From Candidatus Aminicenantes bacterium (GTDB lineage Bacteria; Acidobacteriota; Aminicenantia; Aminicenantales; JAFGBC01): 64,000 bases of DNA. Positions within the stretch are counted from its first letter, which is position 1; each line of letters begins with the position of its first letter. Location of the stretch: contig OY969696.1 in the NCBI GenBank assembly GCA_963702005.1, positions 1,280,001 to 1,344,000 of the forward strand. Reading direction: 5' to 3'. A program made the position numbers and the translations under genes. Of this stretch, positions 58,053 through 64,000 are shown piece by piece. The notes below the pieces were generated by a model. It did no database searches, was not told the origin of the DNA, and was given only the letters and a program-made list of their open reading frames with translations.

Positions 58053-59690
58053 TTATTCCTCCTTCGGCAGCATTGAACGATTAATAAAGTCCTCCCCGCA
58101 TCTCTCAATATCATTAATCTTTTTGTTTGTCCTATCGATGATGAATCTGGACTGTTTTTGAAAATGCACGAAGAGCACAGCCAGCGTTACGGCCGATTCA
58201 ATCGCCCTTGGATTTCTGAAAAGAACGGTCAACAGCATTTTCCAATAGTACCAGCCTGTTGTTCTATCGAATCCCGCTTTAATGCAGACTTTCGAGAATA
58301 TGTACGCGTTCTTCAGAGTTCCACTAATGCCGGGTCTATATTTGTTGGCGGGGTTTAAATTAAGGCTCGTAGAGGTCACTCTTTGATAATAATGACCCGG
58401 ATCATAGACATATTTTAGGATACGGACAAAGTCTCTTAAAATATCCACCCTGGGCCTGGCGGTCATAAAATTTAGGCCGCTGGACATTTGATCAATTTTA
58501 ATCTCATGATCCGCCGTCGGCGTGCTCTCCTCAAACAACCTTCCTTCTTTTTTTAGGCGTTTAGCCAATTGTGTATTCGGCAATGCGTAGAGTGTTCCTA
58601 TCATGGCCATGCATATCCCCGAATCCTGAATACAGTTAATGATCTTTTCAGCGGTTTGATCGTTTTCATTATCAAAACCGATAATAAAACCCGAATCCAC
58701 TATCATCCCGAACGAATAAATCTTCTTAATAGTTTTGACAATCGGCCTCTGGAGATTTTGTTCCTTGTGGGCCAGCTTCAATACCTCGTCTTCCGGACTT
58801 TCAATGCCGATATTGATAAACCTAAAATCGACATCCTTCATCATCCGCAGAAGATCCTCATCATCCGCGATATTGAAGGGAGCCTCGGTCCCGAAATAGA
58901 AAGGATAATGGTTCGTTTCGGACCATTCTCCGAGCGCGGTCAAAAGCTCTTTGGCGCTCCTTTTATTTCCGATAAAATTATCATCGACAAAAAACACATG
59001 ACCCCGATACCCCAATTCATAAAGGCATTGAATTTCTTCAATGATTTGACCGGCCGTTTTTGTCCGCGCTTTCCTGCCGAATAATTCAATGATATCGCAG
59101 AACTCGCAATGAAAGGGACAACCGCGGGAAAATTGGATTCCGGCCATGAGATAATCTTTGGGCCTGACCAAGTCAAACCTGGGAACCACGGCTTGAGTCA
59201 TATCCGTCATTTCAGTTGATTTGTATTCGCCGCTCCCGCAACCTTTATCCAGGTCTTTTATGAAATTTGGAATGGCAATCTCTCCTTCTCCACATAAAAG
59301 GTAATCCGCCGATTGATACAAGCTGGGCTGAGATGTGGGATCCGGACCGCCAACGACAACCGGACAACCAAAGCGATGGCTTTTATCAATTATCGAAAAT
59401 GTGCCCTCCTGCTGACACAGCATGCCTCCCGTACAAACAATATCCGCCCATTCCAAGTGTTCATCCCGGAGAGGCTTAACATTTTCATCAACCAACTTAA
59501 ATTTCCATTGCTGGGGCAGCAACGCCGCCACCGTCATTAGACCCAACGGCGTGACGGGATATTTTGCTCCCGCTATTTTACATACATCGATATAGTTTAA
59601 ATAACTGAATTCCGAAAATTTCGATTGGACGATGAGACAGTTGGTCCCTTTTTCCAATAAACCATTGACAGGCTTTCCTGAACGGTTCAT
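58053..59690 (-). CDS. B12-binding radical SAM protein (class B methyltransferase-like, DUF4070-like C-terminus)
   Basis: PLGLMTVAALLP, VVGGPDPT, GEGE, FSRGCPFHCEFCDII, VDDNFIG, IGIESP, GFIIGFD, ALPNTQL. Confidence 0.9.
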   Translation of the reverse strand: MNRSGKPVNGLLEKGTNCLIVQSKFSEFSYLNYIDVCKIAGAKYPVTPLGLMTVAALLPQQWKFKLVDENVKPLRDEHLEWADIVCTGGMLCQQEGTFSIIDKSHRFGCPVVVGGPDPTSQPSLYQSADYLLCGEGEIAIPNFIKDLDKGCGSGEYKSTEMTDMTQAVVPRFDLVRPKDYLMAGIQFSRGCPFHCEFCDIIELFGRKARTKTAGQIIEEIQCLYELGYRGHVFFVDDNFIGNKRSAKELLTALGEWSETNHYPFYFGTEAPFNIADDEDLLRMMKDVDFRFINIGIESPEDEVLKLAHKEQNLQRPIVKTIKKIYSFGMIVDSGFIIGFDNENDQTAEKIINCIQDSGICMAMIGTLYALPNTQLAKRLKKEGRLFEESTPTADHEIKIDQMSSGLNFMTARPRVDILRDFVRILKYVYDPGHYYQRVTSTSLNLNPANKYRPGISGTLKNAYIFSKVCIKAGFDRTTGWYYWKMLLTVLFRNPRAIESAVTLAVLFVHFQKQSRFIIDRTNKKINDIERCGEDFINRSMLPKEE

Positions 59691-59789
59691 TTTCTTTGAG
59701 ATCAGTAAGATTGATTAAAATTTCGTTTTCTGCTGAGACGGCCCCGGGCGGCCTTTCGCAGCGGAAATCCCTTCTCCCCGTTCAGGAAA

Positions 59790-59818
59790 AGCATAACGCG
59801 AAGCTCACAACATGTCAA
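59790..59818 (-). promoter_or_regulatory. Sigma70-type promoter of the radical SAM operon
   Basis: TTGACA-N17-TATGCT on minus strand ~100 bp upstream of 59690. Confidence 0.65.
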
Positions 59819-59846
59819 GGGAAGCTGGAGCGAGCGGCTCGGTCGC

Positions 59847-60236
59847 CTAGGGGATCAAGCTTTTAATCTTCTTGAGAAAGGCGGCGGGATCGACCGGCTT
59901 TTCGATAACGGCGTCGGCCTGCGAATCCCTGACGATATGCTTGAGCGCGACTTTTTTGTAGACGGCCGTGATCAGAATGACCTTGGTCCGGGCGAGGTCG
60001 GGATCGCTCTTGATCCGGGCACAGAGGCCGAGGCCGTCCATCCGGGGCAGGACGACGTCGCTGATGACGAGGTCCGGCTTCTCTTTGCGGACGAGCTCCA
60101 GCCCGGCCTGCCCGTCCTTGGCCGAGCGGACCAGGAAGTCGTTTTGGGACAGGATGCCCTCGAGAAGACGGAGCGTCACCGGGTCGTCCTCGATGACGAC
60201 GATTTTTCTGAACATCGCTTGGTACTTTATATTCAT
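59847..60236 (-). CDS. Single-domain response regulator
   Basis: IVVIEDD, LVISDVVLP, ILITA, IEKPV; start could be 60215. Confidence 0.88.
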   Translation of the reverse strand: MNIKYQAMFRKIVVIEDDPVTLRLLEGILSQNDFLVRSAKDGQAGLELVRKEKPDLVISDVVLPRMDGLGLCARIKSDPDLARTKVILITAVYKKVALKHIVRDSQADAVIEKPVDPAAFLKKIKSLIP

Positions 60237-60360
60237 GTTTCTAAGTCCCCGCCTAATTTAGTACGACTATATAGCTCGAGCCGGATTCTTGTCAAGCCTT
60301 CTCCGTCTTGTGCCCCGGCGCGGTTTCCGCTATCCTAAAGTCGAGGAAAGGGAGGCCGCT

Positions 60361-62862
60361 ATGAAGGGTGAAGGAACGATGAATACGTGCGTCTTCAAGC
60401 GCTCGCTCGCGCTCGGTTTGCTCTCGGCGATCCTGGCGGTTTCGTCTTTTGCGGCGTCGGTCCAGACGGCGCGCTCGGCCGCGCCGGATTGGTCTCAGAC
60501 AAAAATCTGGTACCAGCATCCGGCCGCTCGCTGGGAGGAAGCGTTCCCGGTCGGCAACGGGCGGCTGGGCGCCATGGTCTTTGGAAGGACCGACGAGGAG
60601 CGGATCGCCCTCAACGAGGAGACCTACTGGTCGGGCGGGCCCTATTCCCAGACGGTCCCCGGCGCGTCCCAAAGCCTGGCCGAGATCCGGCGGCTCATCT
60701 TCGCCGGCGAGTATATCAAAGCCCACCGGCTGTTCGGCCGGACCATGATGGGCTATCCCGTCGAGCAGCAGAAGTACCAGGCCTTGGGAGATCTCCTTTT
60801 GCGTTTCCCGTCCCCGGAAAGCGGAGAGGCCGTCTATTACCGTCACGAGTTGGACCTTGACCGAGCCCTGGTCGTCACCTCCTACTCTCAGGGCGGCGTC
60901 CGGTTCGTAAGGGAGGTTTTCGCGTCGCCCCTGGACCAGGTCATCGTCGTCCGGCTTACGGCCGACAAGCCCGGTCAGGTCACCTTCCGGGCCGAACTCC
61001 GCGGCGTCAGGAACGAAGCCCACTCCAACTACGCGACGGATTACTTCCGGATGGACGGCTTGGGCGGCGACGGCCTGGTCCTGCGCGGCCGCTCCGCGGA
61101 CTATCTCGGCGTCCCGGGCCGGGTCCGCTACGAAGCCCGCCTCCTGGCCGTCCCCGAGGGAGGGGTGATGGCTGTCGACGACCTCTCACTGGCCGTCAGC
61201 GGGGCCGACGCCGTCACCCTGTTCATAGCCGCGGCCACGAACTTCGTCAGCTTCAAGGACGTCAGCGCCGATCCGGCCGAGAGGGTGAGCACGGCCCTGG
61301 CCGCCGTCCGGAATAAATCCTACACGGACATCAAGGACGCCCACATCCGCGAGCACCAGAGGCTCTTCCGGCGCGTCTGGCTGGACCTGCCCCGGACGGA
61401 GGCGGCCGCCCGGCCCAGCGACGAGCGCATCGCGTCCTACGAAAACGAATCCGACCCGTCGCTGGCGGTCCTCGTTTTCCAGTTCGGCCGCTATCTTCTC
61501 ATCTCCTCGTCGCGGCCCGGAACCCAGCCGGCCAACCTTCAGGGGATCTGGAACGCGTCGATGAACCCGCCCTGGGACTCCAAGTACACGACGAACATCA
61601 ACACCGAGATGAATTACTGGCCGGCCGAAGTCGCCAACTTGAGCGAATGCGCCGAGCCCCTGTTCCGGATGATCAGCGAGCTCAGCGAGCAGGGAAGCGA
61701 GGTCGCCCGCGAGCACTACGGCGCCCGGGGCTGGGTCTTCCATCAAAACACGGATATTTGGCGGGCCGCGGCGCCCATGGACGGGCCGAACTGGGGGACG
61801 TTCTCGACCGGCGGGGCCTGGCTTTGCACTCACCTCTGGGAGCACTACAGGTTCAGCGGCGACCTCGACTTTCTGCGGGAGGTCTATCCCATTCTCAAAG
61901 GGAGCGCCGAGTTCTTCATGGACACCCTTGTCGACGACCCGAGGGGGAATTGGCTCGTTACCAACCCTTCGACCTCGCCCGAAAACTTTCCGCTCCGGCC
62001 GGGGAACGACCCTTTCTTCGACGAGGTCACGGCCGGCATGAGTCCGGGGACGACCCTCTGCGCCGGGTCCACCATCGACCTCCAGATCCTCAACGACCTG
62101 TTCGACGCCGTGACCGAAGCGGCCCGGGTCCTGGACATCGATTGGGACTTCAGAAACAAGGCGGTGGCCGTCTGGCAGAAGCTGGCCCCGATGCAGATCG
62201 GGAAGGACGGCGGCCTCCAGGAATGGCTCGAAGACTGGGGCCAACAGGAGAAGAGCCACCGGCACATCTCGAACCTTTACGGTCTTTTCCCCGGGAACCA
62301 CATCTCGCTCCGCGGGGCCCCCAAGCTGGCCGGCGCCTGCGGGGTCGTTCTCGACCAGCGCGGCCTCGAAGGGAACGGCTGGTCCTCGGCCTGGAAGATG
62401 GCCTGCTGGGCCCGTCTCCGCGATGCGGCCAAGGCCATGGCCAACTTCCGGCATGGGATCCGCAACTACACGCTCCCCAACCTGTTCTCGACCTGCTCCA
62501 AGGCCCTCCAGGTCGACGGGAGCCTGGGGCTTACGGCCGCCATCGCCGAAATGCTCCTCCAATCCCAAGAGAACGAGATCCTGATTCTTCCCGCCCTGCC
62601 CGCGTCCTGGGAACGTGGCGAGGTCCGGGGGCTTTGCGCCAGGGGCGGGTTCGAGGTCGATCTCGTTTGGGAAGGCGGCCGCTGGATTCAAGCCCAAGTC
62701 CGTTCCAAGGCCGGCAAGTTCTGCCGGATCCGGACGGATGTCCCCGTCGATGTGACTTTGGCGGGCCAGAAGGTCAAGCTCTTCCGGCCGGAGGCGACGG
62801 TAGTCGAGTTCCGGACCAAGGCCGGGGATGCCTATCTCGTCCGGCCCAAGATGGGCCGCTGA
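60361..62862 (+). CDS. GH95 alpha-L-fucosidase/alpha-L-galactosidase, secreted
   Basis: AFPVGNGRLGAM, FQFGRYLLISSSR, PANLQGIW, YTTNINTEMNYW, PSTSPEN, HRHIS, QVDG, EMLLQS. Confidence 0.93.
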   Translation: MKGEGTMNTCVFKRSLALGLLSAILAVSSFAASVQTARSAAPDWSQTKIWYQHPAARWEEAFPVGNGRLGAMVFGRTDEERIALNEETYWSGGPYSQTVPGASQSLAEIRRLIFAGEYIKAHRLFGRTMMGYPVEQQKYQALGDLLLRFPSPESGEAVYYRHELDLDRALVVTSYSQGGVRFVREVFASPLDQVIVVRLTADKPGQVTFRAELRGVRNEAHSNYATDYFRMDGLGGDGLVLRGRSADYLGVPGRVRYEARLLAVPEGGVMAVDDLSLAVSGADAVTLFIAAATNFVSFKDVSADPAERVSTALAAVRNKSYTDIKDAHIREHQRLFRRVWLDLPRTEAAARPSDERIASYENESDPSLAVLVFQFGRYLLISSSRPGTQPANLQGIWNASMNPPWDSKYTTNINTEMNYWPAEVANLSECAEPLFRMISELSEQGSEVAREHYGARGWVFHQNTDIWRAAAPMDGPNWGTFSTGGAWLCTHLWEHYRFSGDLDFLREVYPILKGSAEFFMDTLVDDPRGNWLVTNPSTSPENFPLRPGNDPFFDEVTAGMSPGTTLCAGSTIDLQILNDLFDAVTEAARVLDIDWDFRNKAVAVWQKLAPMQIGKDGGLQEWLEDWGQQEKSHRHISNLYGLFPGNHISLRGAPKLAGACGVVLDQRGLEGNGWSSAWKMACWARLRDAAKAMANFRHGIRNYTLPNLFSTCSKALQVDGSLGLTAAIAEMLLQSQENEILILPALPASWERGEVRGLCARGGFEVDLVWEGGRWIQAQVRSKAGKFCRIRTDVPVDVTLAGQKVKLFRPEATVVEFRTKAGDAYLVRPKMGR

Positions 62863-62866
62863 TCTC

Positions 62867-63955
62867 TCAGATCGGGTAACGGTGGAGCGTCATGCCCGCG
62901 GCGGGCTCGGCCTGCTCCTTGTAGATGTTCCAGTAGTATTCTCTCGCTTCGCGGAGCTTCGCGTACAGGGGGTGCTGCTCGTCGGGCGTATGGGTCGCGA
63001 TCGCATTGAAGGCCCCGTCGACCAGGATGAGCTTCTGGCAGCGGTTGAGGATCCCGGCCGTGCCGACGCTGGCCGCCGCCACGATCTCGCCGATCTTGGC
63101 GCGACGGAGGAGCTCGCTGTACCTGAACGGCCTCTCCTCGACCCTGACGCCCATCCCCTTGAGGATGGCGACGATGCCTTGGATGGTGACCGAGGGAAGG
63201 ATCAGGGGACTTTCGGGGATCTTGACCACGGTCCCGTCCTTGAGGGCGAACAGGCAGCAGGAGGAATCCCATTCGGTGATTTCGCGCTGCTCGATCGGCC
63301 GGTCCGGCCGGTCGTCGAGGAAAAGGGCGGCGGCGGCGTCCGGGGCGATGCGCTTGGCCTCGTCGATAGCCTTGACGCTGATCAGGTAGTTGATCCCGAG
63401 CTTGAGCCAGCCCGTCTTATTGGCCCCGTGGGCCCTTACCAGATGGGGGATGACGACCCCCGTGAAAGGCTCGCCCAGGTACTGATCATAGCGGCAAGCC
63501 AAGGCGCGGAGGGCGGGCTGGTTGGGGAAGGAGACGCCGATGGATTGCTCCTCATCGACGGTGAAGGGCCGGAGGTAGCCCTGGGCGCCCATCCCGGCCA
63601 TTTCTTCCAGGAAGGGGCGCAGGGCGGGCGCTTTGAAATAGCGGTCGATGAACAGCGATTCCAGGTCGGCGACGCCGGGGACGAGGCCCTGTTGCTCGTG
63701 GCCCAAGTTGAAGGCGATGCCGCGCCGCAGGCGCTCGAGGTTTTTATGCCAGTTGAGGAAGAGGATTTCGAGCCCGCCCGAGGCGGTCTTTTTGCAGAAA
63801 AAACGGATGCCTTCGAAGCACAGGAAGATGGCATAGTTGGTGGACCGGGAGATGGCCGCGATCTTGGCGTCGGCGGCGATGAGCTCGCTCGCTTTCTCGG
63901 GCAGCCCGTAGCGAAGCTGCTGGGAAGCCCACTTGAGCCCCTCGAACTTGGCCAT
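62867..63955 (-). CDS. Class IV PLP aminotransferase, branched-chain aminotransferase-like (divergent)
   Basis: NY..CFEGIR, YLRPF, GWLKLGINY (PLP Lys), ILPSVT, VEER, VGTA. Confidence 0.72.
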   Translation of the reverse strand: MAKFEGLKWASQQLRYGLPEKASELIAADAKIAAISRSTNYAIFLCFEGIRFFCKKTASGGLEILFLNWHKNLERLRRGIAFNLGHEQQGLVPGVADLESLFIDRYFKAPALRPFLEEMAGMGAQGYLRPFTVDEEQSIGVSFPNQPALRALACRYDQYLGEPFTGVVIPHLVRAHGANKTGWLKLGINYLISVKAIDEAKRIAPDAAAALFLDDRPDRPIEQREITEWDSSCCLFALKDGTVVKIPESPLILPSVTIQGIVAILKGMGVRVEERPFRYSELLRRAKIGEIVAAASVGTAGILNRCQKLILVDGAFNAIATHTPDEQHPLYAKLREAREYYWNIYKEQAEPAAGMTLHRYPI

Positions 63956-64000
63956 GGACGACTCCTTGTTGAGGACGTTCTCCGAAGCCGGAAGAGAATC

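Noticed and set aside
59691-59789. RiPP precursor or cobalamin riboswitch ahead of the radical SAM operon
   Set aside because: Leader is under 100 nt, with no credible small ORF with RBS and no B12-box; the rSAMs lack obvious RRE domains
1-64000. tRNA, rRNA, integrase, transposase or defence genes
   Set aside because: None recognised in the ORFs or intergenic gaps by eye

Overview
GC-rich bacterial chromosomal window from a diderm anaerobe. The gene style (Oar-like TonB receptor, GH127/GH95, fused NfnAB, group-C hydrogenase kinase) suggests an Aminicenantes/Acidobacteriota-like organism, but that is inference. About 45 CDS; no rRNA, tRNA, CRISPR or intact transposase seen. Main blocks: (1) GGDEF tail and a beta-propeller sensor kinase; (2) GH9-RraA-SSS genes and an S9 peptidase; (3) an operon for methanogen-type homocysteine synthesis (frameshifted DUF39-ferredoxin fusion, UPF0280/ApbE-like, asd, aspartokinase); (4) a TonB-dependent receptor behind sigma54 and IHF sites; (5) mixed housekeeping genes (lhgO-like, menA-like, blc, B12-radical SAM, folD, KimA-like); (6) two GH127 genes; (7) an [FeFe]-hydrogenase-like histidine kinase and receiver operon ending in fused nfnAB; (8) a ~3.2 kb insert flanked by a 121-bp duplicate of the nfnAB 3' end, plus gene debris; (9) galM and araB-araD with a non-AraA isomerase; (10) a six-gene operon with a B12-radical SAM, three paralogous radical SAMs, a PAP2-family membrane enzyme and a saccharopine-dehydrogenase-like reductase, the best candidate for an undescribed (probably lipid-modifying) system; (11) receiver, GH95 and a divergent class-IV aminotransferase. 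Three small palindromic REP/IS200-IS605-like elements lie in intergenic gaps.
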